A DNA stretch of 64,000 bases from Leptospiraceae bacterium (lineage in GTDB: Bacteria; Spirochaetota; Leptospiria; Leptospirales; Leptospiraceae), in the NCBI GenBank assembly GCA_024233835.1, contig JACKPC010000001.1, positions 1,413,442 through 1,477,441 on the forward strand. The letters are read 5' to 3'. How positions within the stretch are numbered: position 1 is the stretch's first letter; every line of letters starts with the position of its first letter. Below, in pieces: positions 40,970 to 50,395 of this stretch. The notes below the pieces were generated by a model. That model had not been told where the DNA came from, did not search any database, and worked only from the letters and a program-made list of their open reading frames with translations. The position numbers and the translations under genes were made by a program.

Positions 40970-43891
40970 ATGATGGATGAATTGAATCAAGATTATTATG
41001 AATTATTTGAAAATGCACCAAATGCCTGTATTATTTTGAAAGATAATTCTATAATTGTTGTTAATAAAACATTTTCTGATTTAGTAAAACTTCCAAAAAA
41101 CAAAATTATTAAACGGAAAATTACTCATTTTATACATAAAAAGTTTTTAAATATTTTTTTTTCTAAGCAGAGCCGAGTTAAGCAAGGGGAAAAGGTTTCG
41201 GGTTTTGAAATTAAAATACAGAGTCCTGCAATAGGTCCTCTCCGGGTATTTGTTGATATGAAGCTTCAAAACAATCGGGATGACGTATATGTTTCGATTT
41301 TCAATATTCAAAAATTCAAAACTAAAGAATATCATACAAAATTAAGTGAAGATAAATACAGGAATTTGTTAGAAAGCTTTACAGATGTTGTTATAACTAT
41401 AGATGATAAAAGTATAGTTACGTATTGGAACAAAGAAGCTGCAAGAATATCCGGTATAGATGAGAAAGATATTTTAGGAAAAAAGATTGAACAAATTTTT
41501 CCTTTAACCGAAGAACTATTAGAGCTTAGAACGCTTTTAGACACACTCCTTCATTGTAAAACACCTATCAGTTTTGAACAAACAATCCCCTTCAAGACAT
41601 ATAATAGAATTTATGAAGTAAATGTATTTCCAAATCGTAAAGGAATCAGTATTCATGCCAGGGATAAAACAGAAAGAATCAGGATAGAAAAGCAGCTAAG
41701 CTTTCAAAGCCAGGTATTGCAAAATATGATTATCGGTCTTCATATAGTCTTTGTAAAAGATAATACGATAGCATATACAAATTTGGTTATGGAAGAAATG
41801 TTTGGTTATGATAAGGGAGAGCTTATAGGAAAACATGTAAGTATTTTAAACGATCCAAATAATCCTGAGATTCATGAGATTATTATCAATTCTTTAATTA
41901 AGAGTGGGAAGTGGGAAGGAGAAGTTTTAAATAAGAGAAAAGATGGAAGCTTATTTTGGAGTCGGGCAAAGGTTTCCGAGTTTGATCACTATGAGTACGG
42001 GAGGGTATGGATTTCTATACACGAAAACATTGATGATATTAAAAATACCAGTATCAGATTGGAGGAAAGTCAAAGAGAATTAGAGCTTATTTATAATAAT
42101 ATTCCCGTACTTGTCAGTCACGTAGATAGGAACTATCGATATAAATTTGCGAATCGGGCTTATATAAATTTCTTCGGGAGAAATGATATAATAGGAAAAA
42201 AAATTGCTGAGATCATTGGAGAAGAATCTTTCCAGCGTTCTGAAATAAATCTACAAAAGGCTTTTGAAGGAAATATTGTTGTATATGATAATATACTTTA
42301 TGATAAAGATAAGCTTTCCCATGATGTAGAAGTAACTTATATTCCTCATTTTGAGAATGGAGAAAATCGCGGTATTTTTATTATTGTATCAGATATAACG
42401 GTTAGGAAAAAATACGAAGAAAGTATTATAAAGTCCAAAGAAATTGCGGAATCTGCTAATCGTACAAAGAGCGAATTTTTGGCTAATATGAGCCATGAAA
42501 TCAGAACTCCTATGACATCCATTTTAGGTTTTGCAGAACTTATAGATCAAAAAACGAGAGAGCCCGAATTAAAAAAATATACAGAAAGAATACATAAGAG
42601 CGGAAATATTTTATTAAACCTCATAAATGATATTTTAGATTTATCAAAGATTGAAGCCAATAAAATTGAGATTGAACTAAAACCGGTTAACTTAAAAGAA
42701 ATGATAAATGAGTTATTACTTATCTTTCAAGAAATTGTCAATCGAAAAGGAATTCGTTTAAGTCTGGATTACCCCAAAAGTTTATCTCGTAATTTTTTGC
42801 TCGATGAGTTTCGGATTCGACAGATACTATTAAACTTAATTGGTAATGCAATAAAATTTACAGATGCGGGTAGTGTAAAAATAAAGGTAAGTATCAGAAG
42901 AAAAGAAGAAGGCTATAATAACGCTAAATTACAGGTACAGGTTATAGATACCGGTATCGGAATTGAGAAAGGACAATTATCCAGCATTTTTGATTCTTTC
43001 TCACAGGGAAAAACTAAAGACTCTAACAAATACTCAGGAACCGGATTGGGCTTAAGTATATCAAAGAAATTAGCGAAATTAATGGGAGGGGATATTTGGG
43101 TTTATAGTAAGCCTAATTTTGGTTCGATTTTTACACTTCAGATAGATAAAGTTTCAATCATCTCACAATCTGAATTTAACTTAATTCCTTCAAATAGTTC
43201 AGAAGAAATAGTGACTAAATTTGGTAAAACCAAAGTTTTAATTGTGGATGACGATGATATTAATCGTGAGTTAATTATCACATACTTGCAAAAAATCCCT
43301 GAATTGGAATATATAGAAGCTATTGATGGAGAAGAAGCGATTGATAAAGCTGAAAAGTGTTATCCGGATTTGATTATTATGGATTTAAACCTGCCAAAAA
43401 TCAATGGTTTTGATGCAATTAAACATCTTAAATCATTACATAAAACAAAAAATATTCCTATCATTGCTGTAACTGCTTCTGTATTGAATTTTTCAAAAGA
43501 AGAAGTGGAACATTTTTCCGATGCTTATTTATATAAGCCTCTTGTAATGCGTGATTTGCTGAGGCAGCTTAAAATTCTTCTGAGATCGGAAGAAGTGCTT
43601 ACTCAAGTAGTTGAAGATAAATTTGATAAAGAAAAGGCACGAATTATATATGATGTTCTACAAAAAAAGTTATCAAAAAAGTATAATGAAATTACAGTAT
43701 ATTATAATATTTCAAGGATTATAAGTTTTGCCGAGAAAGCCAAAAAAATTTCTATAAATTATGATTATTCTTCTTTGAAAGACTGGTCTGAGGAGCTACT
43801 AAAGGCAGCTAATTCCTTTGATATAGTTACCTTAAAAGAAGAGTTGAGTAAATTTCCACAGTGCTTGGATAAACTAAAAAATATGATCTAA
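40970..43891 (+). CDS. Hybrid sensor histidine kinase (multiple PAS domains, HisKA, HATPase_c, REC, C-terminal extra domain)
   Basis: H-box SHEIRTPMTSILGFAELI. N/G boxes (LIGNAIKFT, DTGIGIEK, GTGLGLSISKKLAKLMGG). Receiver VLIVDDDDINRELI...DLIIMDLNLPKINGF. PAS-like segments in the N-terminal 480 aa. 973 aa. Confidence 0.85.
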   Translation: MMDELNQDYYELFENAPNACIILKDNSIIVVNKTFSDLVKLPKNKIIKRKITHFIHKKFLNIFFSKQSRVKQGEKVSGFEIKIQSPAIGPLRVFVDMKLQNNRDDVYVSIFNIQKFKTKEYHTKLSEDKYRNLLESFTDVVITIDDKSIVTYWNKEAARISGIDEKDILGKKIEQIFPLTEELLELRTLLDTLLHCKTPISFEQTIPFKTYNRIYEVNVFPNRKGISIHARDKTERIRIEKQLSFQSQVLQNMIIGLHIVFVKDNTIAYTNLVMEEMFGYDKGELIGKHVSILNDPNNPEIHEIIINSLIKSGKWEGEVLNKRKDGSLFWSRAKVSEFDHYEYGRVWISIHENIDDIKNTSIRLEESQRELELIYNNIPVLVSHVDRNYRYKFANRAYINFFGRNDIIGKKIAEIIGEESFQRSEINLQKAFEGNIVVYDNILYDKDKLSHDVEVTYIPHFENGENRGIFIIVSDITVRKKYEESIIKSKEIAESANRTKSEFLANMSHEIRTPMTSILGFAELIDQKTREPELKKYTERIHKSGNILLNLINDILDLSKIEANKIEIELKPVNLKEMINELLLIFQEIVNRKGIRLSLDYPKSLSRNFLLDEFRIRQILLNLIGNAIKFTDAGSVKIKVSIRRKEEGYNNAKLQVQVIDTGIGIEKGQLSSIFDSFSQGKTKDSNKYSGTGLGLSISKKLAKLMGGDIWVYSKPNFGSIFTLQIDKVSIISQSEFNLIPSNSSEEIVTKFGKTKVLIVDDDDINRELIITYLQKIPELEYIEAIDGEEAIDKAEKCYPDLIIMDLNLPKINGFDAIKHLKSLHKTKNIPIIAVTASVLNFSKEEVEHFSDAYLYKPLVMRDLLRQLKILLRSEEVLTQVVEDKFDKEKARIIYDVLQKKLSKKYNEITVYYNISRIISFAEKAKKISINYDYSSLKDWSEELLKAANSFDIVTLKEELSKFPQCLDKLKNMI

Positions 43892-43908
43892 TATGAGGAT
43901 GGCTTAGA

Positions 43909-44988
43909 ATGAAAAAAAGACAGGAAATATTATTAGTAGATGATATGCCGCAGAATATTCAAATATTAGGAAATATCTTAGCAGCAAAAGGATACGAGAT
44001 AACTATTGCTATGAGTGGCAAAGAAGCACTCAATACTCTAAAAAATGCAAAACCGGACTTAATTTTACTCGATATAAATATGCCGTTTATGGATGGATAT
44101 GAAACTTTTCAGGAAATTAAGAAGATGCCTTCCTGTTCTGACATTCCGATCATCTTCGTGACGGCCAAATCAGAGCAATCAGAAAAGATAAAAGGTTTGG
44201 AAATGGGAGCCAGTGATTATATTACTAAACCTTTTGACACCTATGAATTATTATTGAGAGTGAAACTTCAATTGGAATTAAAAAACCAAAAGGAAAATTT
44301 AGAAAAAAAACAGCATAAAATTTTAGAACTACTCAGGGTTCTGCTGCATGACTTAAGTAATCCGCTTTCCGGATTAAAGTCTGCTTTTGAAATTGCAGAA
44401 ACAGATCCAAAAGCATTTATACAGTTTATGCCGCATTTATCTTCAAGTCTTCAATCCTGCTTTGACATCATTGATAGCGTTAGGAATATGAGAGCTTTAG
44501 AGGATGGTAAACTAGTATTAAAAGATTCTGAGATAAAATTATATGAAACCGTTGCAAATTCTATCAAGCTAATGGAACAAAAGATAAATGATAAACGACT
44601 TACCTGTATAAATCGGGTTCCGCAAAATATCACCATCAAATTAGATCCCACGGTATTTATGTATTCGGTATTTATGAATTTACTGAGCAATGCTATTAAG
44701 TTTTCCGAAGAAGGAAAAACTATTATAATAAAAGCTAAAGTAATAAAAAATAAGGTTAAAATGACAGTAAAGGATGAGGGTATCGGTATGCCTGAAAGTT
44801 TATTGGAAAATATATTTGATTATTCCAAGCCCACAAGTCGCAGCGGTACAAAAGGAGAAATCGGAACCGGTTATGGCATGCCTCTTATAAAAAATTTTAT
44901 GGATGAATTTGGTGGAAAAATTTATATACAGTCCAGAGAAGAAGAGCCCAATAAGGGAACCAAAGTAATCTTATATTTAAATAACTGA
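43909..44988 (+). CDS. Response-regulator/histidine-kinase fusion (N-terminal REC, then HisKA-like and HATPase_c)
   Basis: REC: ILLVDDMPQNIQ...DLILLDINMPFMDGYE...IFVTAK. H-box-like LRVLLHDLSNPLSGL. ATPase boxes LLSNAIKFSEEGK, DEGIGMP and GTGYGMPLIKNFMDEFGG. Confidence 0.8.
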   Translation: MKKRQEILLVDDMPQNIQILGNILAAKGYEITIAMSGKEALNTLKNAKPDLILLDINMPFMDGYETFQEIKKMPSCSDIPIIFVTAKSEQSEKIKGLEMGASDYITKPFDTYELLLRVKLQLELKNQKENLEKKQHKILELLRVLLHDLSNPLSGLKSAFEIAETDPKAFIQFMPHLSSSLQSCFDIIDSVRNMRALEDGKLVLKDSEIKLYETVANSIKLMEQKINDKRLTCINRVPQNITIKLDPTVFMYSVFMNLLSNAIKFSEEGKTIIIKAKVIKNKVKMTVKDEGIGMPESLLENIFDYSKPTSRSGTKGEIGTGYGMPLIKNFMDEFGGKIYIQSREEEPNKGTKVILYLNN

Positions 44989-45018
44989 GTCTAAGAGAAA
45001 AAACTGCAAAAAAAAATA

Positions 45019-46449
45019 TTGCTTTCTAACTTCCTATTTGTATTTAATCTTTTTATGCAGGAACAAACAGTAAAATCCGATAAACAAACCTATAAATATT
45101 TTCTTCGATCTCTTATTAAAAAACTTTTTGATAATATTGAATACTCTACTAAAATTCTCTGGCTCGTCCTTCTTTATCTTGTATCTACCTGGTTGGTTCT
45201 CGGAACCCTTAGTTCCCAACAGTTTCAGGAAAAGGTATATAAATACGTGGACCCTCAGACCAAAAAACGCTATTCCGTTCCTCAACTCATGAGCCTTGTA
45301 GAGCAGTACGAAGCAGGTCTTGTAAATCTCACCTCTTTAAAAACAGAAGTCAATACCCAGGAAACTTATCTAACTCAAGAAGACCAGAGATTAAAGAAAC
45401 TCCGACAACAGCGAGTTGACATTATTACTAATTTCAAATCCATTTCCGGCGACCTCGGTAAAGAATTTGAAGAGGTCTATACAAATTGGCTTGGCCTTCG
45501 CAATGCTATCAAAACCGAAGTCAAAGTTAAAGAAGTTAAAGATACGAATCTTCCACCGGGTTCAGAACTTACTAAAACCGAAGTAGATAAGTATATTCAA
45601 AAATTAGAAACTTCTACATCTAAACACAGTCAATTGATTGTACAGCTCGGAAAGATAACTGAGAATCTCGTTGAAAATGAAAAAAGTCAGAAAAGTTCAG
45701 AAGAGACCCTGGTTAAAACTCTGGATTCCCTGGTTTCTGCTATCAGGCAGCACGAAAAAAGCCAGAATGCACTTGGGGAAGTCGCCGAAGGAGATGTAAA
45801 GGATTTACTGGTAGAACTCAGGTATCTAACCTATCTCAAGTTTAAGTTACTTGCTACCATGCCTACGCAGCTTCTAACACTTATTCTGACTTTATCTATG
45901 GGTGCCCTTGGAAGTCTTATTTATCTGACACGAGAGCTTTTCCGACCTTCCGGGAAAAACCGTTCCCTCTTCTGGTTTTTATTTCGACCTTTTCTGGGAA
46001 TGGTAACAGCGATTGCTATATTTGTTCTGGTTAAGTCGGGCCAAATTATTATCACGGATTCCTCCGGCAATGTAGTTAATGATGGAGCTTTGAACCCTTT
46101 CTTTGTCTCTTTCCTTGCCATTATCTCCGGGATGTTATCCGAACATGCCTATGAGAAAATTTATCGCACGGGTCAGTCCTTCTTTAGTTCTACGGAAACC
46201 AATACACTTTCTCGCTGGGCGGTACGTTTAAAAGAAACTATGCAGAAGACAGGTAAAAAACCGGGAGAATTGAGTCAATTTGTAGAAGAAAGCCCGGAGG
46301 TTATCGAAGATTGGATAGAAGAGAAGAAACCGGTTCCTCCTGAGGCCCAAAAAATCATCTCGGCCTGGCTTGGGGTTTCGAGTCGTGAAATCTTTACCGA
46401 TGAGGCTCCGGCAAAGTCTTTAAATAAACGCGAAGAAACAGAAATATAA
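45019..46449 (+). CDS. Membrane protein with long coiled-coil region and C-terminal XRE-type helix-turn-helix
   Basis: 476 aa from a TTG start (alternative ATG at 45055). One N-terminal TM, about 200-aa coiled-coil/charged region, 2-3 further TMs. C-terminal ...GELSQFVEESPEVIEDWIEEKKPVPPEAQKIISAWLGVSSREIF matches the HTH_XRE pattern (is.wE.Gk.P ... LGVS..elf). Confidence 0.5.
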   Translation: MLSNFLFVFNLFMQEQTVKSDKQTYKYFLRSLIKKLFDNIEYSTKILWLVLLYLVSTWLVLGTLSSQQFQEKVYKYVDPQTKKRYSVPQLMSLVEQYEAGLVNLTSLKTEVNTQETYLTQEDQRLKKLRQQRVDIITNFKSISGDLGKEFEEVYTNWLGLRNAIKTEVKVKEVKDTNLPPGSELTKTEVDKYIQKLETSTSKHSQLIVQLGKITENLVENEKSQKSSEETLVKTLDSLVSAIRQHEKSQNALGEVAEGDVKDLLVELRYLTYLKFKLLATMPTQLLTLILTLSMGALGSLIYLTRELFRPSGKNRSLFWFLFRPFLGMVTAIAIFVLVKSGQIIITDSSGNVVNDGALNPFFVSFLAIISGMLSEHAYEKIYRTGQSFFSSTETNTLSRWAVRLKETMQKTGKKPGELSQFVEESPEVIEDWIEEKKPVPPEAQKIISAWLGVSSREIFTDEAPAKSLNKREETEI

Positions 46450-46596
46450 GGGCTGGACTCTTGCTGATGTGCTCGCTTTGAATAGGTGAGCTGTCTGTCA
46501 CATAATTTTTTTGCGCATTAAAATTCTATTCCTGAAATAAAATTCTTTCCAAAATCCCTTGTGGAAATATGCTTGTGAATCATATCGGGTTAATAA

Positions 46597-47403
46597 ATGC
46601 GACATAAATCACTTAAAAAAGGAACTCTTTTTGTTATTTTTTTCCTTTGTTTCGGTTTTTCTCTCCTGGCTGAATCCGAAACCGAGCGTTTAAATGACCT
46701 TCTAAAAAAAGAATTGGAGCCGGACAAGCAGGAAAGTCCGGTGGACAAAAAAGAAACCAAAGACAAAAACCCAAAAGAAACCAAAGAAATAAATCCGGTA
46801 GAAGAGCGTTATAAGCCTAAAGAAGAGGGTAGTTCTTTAACCTGGGTCTTATTTAAAATTATACTGGTTTTCGGTTTTCTAAGCGCTGTTATGTACTATG
46901 CTCTGAAATTTCTCTCCAAAAGTCGCATTGCGGGTTTTCCGGTAAAAGATTCTATGCAGGTTCTGGCCAGCCTTCCTCTGGCCCCGGGTAAACAATTGCA
47001 GATCGTAGATGTCGAAGGCATCCTTATGGTTTTAGGTGTGGCAGATGGTTCTATCAACCTGATAACTGAGATAACTTCACCTGAAATTAAAGAAAGAATT
47101 TATATGAAACGCGATGAAATTCAGCCGGTAGAAGAAAATTTTTTAGAAATATTGTTGAAAAATTTGAAAACAGGTATCAAATTGCCAGCCGAAGCCAAAG
47201 TAGATGAGACTCCTGTTGTTAAGCGAGAGGAAGGGTTTCGTGTAAAGGAAGAGCCGGAAACTGTAGACTTTTATTCCCGGTCAGAGGCTCAATCAGAGGA
47301 AGACGTTGTGAATGAAATCAAACAAAGACAGTTGGATAGGTTGGAAAAATTAAAGAAAGAACGGAACCAGCTTGAAAAGAAAAATAAAACACCGGGCAAA
47401 TAG
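46597..47403 (+). CDS. Putative flagellar biosynthesis protein FliO/FliZ-like (membrane protein immediately upstream of fliP)
   Basis: Assignment by position (2-bp gap to fliP) and topology (single internal [25 protein letters not shown]). No strong sequence motif. Larger (268 aa) than typical FliO. Confidence 0.4.
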   Translation: MRHKSLKKGTLFVIFFLCFGFSLLAESETERLNDLLKKELEPDKQESPVDKKETKDKNPKETKEINPVEERYKPKEEGSSLTWVLFKIILVFGFLSAVMYYALKFLSKSRIAGFPVKDSMQVLASLPLAPGKQLQIVDVEGILMVLGVADGSINLITEITSPEIKERIYMKRDEIQPVEENFLEILLKNLKTGIKLPAEAKVDETPVVKREEGFRVKEEPETVDFYSRSEAQSEEDVVNEIKQRQLDRLEKLKKERNQLEKKNKTPGK

Positions 47404-47405
47404 TC

Positions 47406-48206
47406 ATGAACTTTAGCTTTTCACTTACTGAAACAAAAAAGATTATCTGGCCACTTGTGGGTTTCGGTTTATTTTTTCTTTTATCCTCGGCTATTTTTCC
47501 CCAGGATACCGGTACCCGGATTCCAATACCTAACTTGAATTTTAATATCAACGAAGCCAAGAATCCCAAAGAAACCAGTCTTTCTTTGATGATTCTTTTT
47601 CTTATTACCATCCTTTCTATAGCACCGGCCATTATCATGTCTGTCACCTCTTTCACCAAGATAGTCATAGTGATGGATTTTGTAAGAAGAGCCCTCGCGA
47701 TTCAAAACCTTCCCCCTAACCAGGTGATGATGGGTCTGGCTGTTTTTATGACTTTTTTTATTATGGCACCTACCCTGAAAGATGTTAATGAAAAAGCTTT
47801 GACGCCTTATCTGGATGGTAAAATCGATACAAGCAAGTTCTTTGATAGAACGATGATACCTCTCCGAAAATTTATGATAAAACAAATTGGAGATAAGGGC
47901 ACTAAGGATGTAGCATTGTTTTTGAAAATAGGGAAAATTAAAGACGTTAAGTCTTATGATGATGTCCCTTCCTATGTCCTGGTTCCGGCCTTTATGCTTT
48001 CAGAAATAAAAAAGGCCTTTATCATCGGGATTTACTTATTTATACCTTTTGTAGTGGTTGACCTTGTGGTGGCGGCCACTCTTTTATCTATGGGGCTTAT
48101 GATGCTTCCACCGGTAATGATAAGTCTACCTTTTAAGTTAATTCTTTTTGTCCTGGTGGATGGTTGGAACCTCTTGGTTTATGAGTTAGTCAGGAGCTAT
48201 AAATGA
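47406..48206 (+). CDS. fliP: Flagellar biosynthetic protein FliP
   Basis: Conserved FliP core [40 protein letters not shown]. 266 aa. Confidence 0.9.
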   Translation: MNFSFSLTETKKIIWPLVGFGLFFLLSSAIFPQDTGTRIPIPNLNFNINEAKNPKETSLSLMILFLITILSIAPAIIMSVTSFTKIVIVMDFVRRALAIQNLPPNQVMMGLAVFMTFFIMAPTLKDVNEKALTPYLDGKIDTSKFFDRTMIPLRKFMIKQIGDKGTKDVALFLKIGKIKDVKSYDDVPSYVLVPAFMLSEIKKAFIIGIYLFIPFVVVDLVVAATLLSMGLMMLPPVMISLPFKLILFVLVDGWNLLVYELVRSYK

Positions 48207-48466
48207 CAGATGTAGATGTAATAACGCTTTTACGGGAGAGTTTGTTTATCACGATGAAAGTTTCTTCTCCCATATTGTTGGTGGCTCTTGTGGTGGGTCT
48301 TTTTATCGGGATTTTACAAACTACCACATCGATTCAGGAGCCAACCATCGCTTTTGTTCCCAAGCTTTTTGCGATTTTCATTGTGATCGTAATTTTTGCA
48401 GCCTGGATTGTAAGGGTAATGATGGATTATACTACCATTATGTTTATGATGATTGAAAAAATATGA
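48203..48466 (+). CDS. fliQ: Flagellar biosynthetic protein FliQ
   Basis: 87-aa two-TM protein between fliP and fliR with 4-bp overlaps. FliQ-like sequence ([28 protein letters not shown]). Confidence 0.88.
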   Translation: MTDVDVITLLRESLFITMKVSSPILLVALVVGLFIGILQTTTSIQEPTIAFVPKLFAIFIVIVIFAAWIVRVMMDYTTIMFMMIEKI

Positions 48467-49248
48467 TAGAAACCTTTGTAGAACATTTTCAATTATTTAT
48501 GCTACTTTTTGCAAGAATCGTGGGCCTATTTAGTTCCGCACCTATTTACGCTTCTGCAGCAATGAAAGTTTCTACAAGGATGATTCTGGCTTTTTTTATT
48601 TCTCTGGTTCTGTTTCCTGTGTCTGCTAAATTTTTGCCCGGGGTTCCTACTCATATGGGTGACTATTACCTTTTAATCTTATCCGAATTACTCGTGGGAC
48701 TATTTATGGGTTTTATGGTAAGTATCATCTTTGCTTCCTTTCAGATGGCAGGTCAGTATTTTTCGGTTCCTATAGGTTTTGGTTATACGGAAGTTTTAGA
48801 CCCGGTCAGCCAATCGAATTTACCCGTTATCAGTACTTTAAAGAATCTTCTTGGAATGATGTTATTCCTGGTACTCGGTGCTCACCGAGTTTTGATTGAA
48901 TCCTTACATTATTCCTTTGAAAAGGTGCAGGTTTTACAATTTACAGCAGAAATTAATCAGGGGCTTTTTAAAGCTTTGCAGCTTGCCATCGGTTCGATGT
49001 TTGTAGTTGCTTTCCAAATCTCTCTTCCTATTCTGGGAATTCTCATTCTGGTTTCTATTGCCGAAGCCCTTATGGGGAAAGCAGCTCCGCAGTTAAATAT
49101 CCTGCAACTGGCATTCCCTACAAAAATTGCAATCGGTCTTTCTGTTTTGATTATTGTAAGTCCTTTTGTTATAAAACAGATGGAAAATGCTATTGTGATT
49201 GCTTTTGATAGGTTAAATATCCTTCTCCGGGAGTGGCCTGCGGGTTAG
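48463..49248 (+). CDS. fliR: Flagellar biosynthetic protein FliR
   Basis: 261-aa polytopic membrane protein in canonical position between fliQ and flhB. Confidence 0.88.
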   Translation: MIETFVEHFQLFMLLFARIVGLFSSAPIYASAAMKVSTRMILAFFISLVLFPVSAKFLPGVPTHMGDYYLLILSELLVGLFMGFMVSIIFASFQMAGQYFSVPIGFGYTEVLDPVSQSNLPVISTLKNLLGMMLFLVLGAHRVLIESLHYSFEKVQVLQFTAEINQGLFKALQLAIGSMFVVAFQISLPILGILILVSIAEALMGKAAPQLNILQLAFPTKIAIGLSVLIIVSPFVIKQMENAIVIAFDRLNILLREWPAG

Positions 49249-49249
49249 T

Positions 49250-50395
49250 ATGATAGTTCGTGATTTCGAGAACGATTCCCTCTTGTTTCTCAAGCAGGCA
49301 GGATTAAATCCTTTTGTAATAGATCTCCAATTATTTTCTGCTGAGGATGAGGGAAGAACCGAGGAGCCTTCTGATAGGAGAAGGAAAGAAGAAAGGGAAA
49401 AAGGAAATGTTCCTCGATCCCAGGAACTTCCGGGAGCTGTGGTTTTACTCGCTTCTGTAATTGCCTTTTATTTTTTTGGAAAACATCTCTTTATAAATGC
49501 TGTCGCTATCATAACCCGCTACTTTGGAAACTTCAAAGATTATGATTCTTTCACCGCGGAGAGTTTTGCTAATTTAATGAAAGTGGGTGCTTTGGATGTA
49601 ATTACTCTCGTTTTACCTGCCCTTATGATTACTCTTGTGGCTGCTATTGTAGGGAATGTGGTGCAGGTAGGTTTTTTATTTACTCCGAAAGCAGTAGGTT
49701 TTAATTTTAAAAAAATCATTCCAAATTTCAAGAAAGTTCTCCCGACACGACAGACCATTTTTAACCTGATAAAATCATTAGCCAAAGTGGTTTTAATCGG
49801 TTGGATTTCGTATATCATTATTTCCTTTGATTTTCTGGATCTTCTTCTTCTCGGTCAGATGGGGATTAAAGAAGCTATGCAGTTAATTTTCTTTTCCTCT
49901 TTTAAATTATTTTTTTTCATAGGAATTTTTCTTGTTATTATTGGGATTGCTGATTTTTTCTATAATAAATACGAGTATGAAGAGAATTTAAAAATTACAC
50001 CTTCAGAAGCCAAACGGGAGCATAAAGAAGCAGAAGGGGATAAAACTCTTCTGAACCGTAGACGAAACATGATGAGAGAATTTATTCGAAAAGGAATGTT
50101 ACAGAAAGTAAAAACAGCTGATGTAGTGATTGTGAATCCCACGCATTTTTCTGTAGCTCTGAGTTATGACCCGAAGGTTCACGATGCTCCGGTAGTAGTA
50201 GCTAAAGGAATGGATGAATTTGCCCTGATGATACGCCGGATAGCCAAAAATAATAATGTGCCGATAATTGAAGATAGGATGCAGGCCCGGATGTTGTATG
50301 ATGAGGCCGAGCTGGACATGCCGATTCCGGTAAAATTTTTCCGTGCAGTTTCCTTGATCATTGCGAGACTGGATAAATACAGGAGAGTTGCTTGA
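49250..50395 (+). CDS. flhB: Flagellar biosynthesis protein FlhB
   Basis: NPTH autocleavage motif ([13 protein letters not shown]). 4 TM plus cytoplasmic domain. 381 aa. Confidence 0.9.
   Translation: MIVRDFENDSLLFLKQAGLNPFVIDLQLFSAEDEGRTEEPSDRRRKEEREKGNVPRSQELPGAVVLLASVIAFYFFGKHLFINAVAIITRYFGNFKDYDSFTAESFANLMKVGALDVITLVLPALMITLVAAIVGNVVQVGFLFTPKAVGFNFKKIIPNFKKVLPTRQTIFNLIKSLAKVVLIGWISYIIISFDFLDLLLLGQMGIKEAMQLIFFSSFKLFFFIGIFLVIIGIADFFYNKYEYEENLKITPSEAKREHKEAEGDKTLLNRRRNMMREFIRKGMLQKVKTADVVIVNPTHFSVALSYDPKVHDAPVVVAKGMDEFALMIRRIAKNNNVPIIEDRMQARMLYDEAELDMPIPVKFFRAVSLIIARLDKYRRVA

Noticed and set aside
46450-46596. Looked for a sigma-28 promoter (TAAA-N15-GCCGATAA) upstream of the fliO/P/Q/R-flhB/A cluster and upstream of fliY
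   Set aside because: No convincing GCCGATAA -10 element found by eye. Spirochete flagellar operons are often sigma-70 dependent, so none is called.
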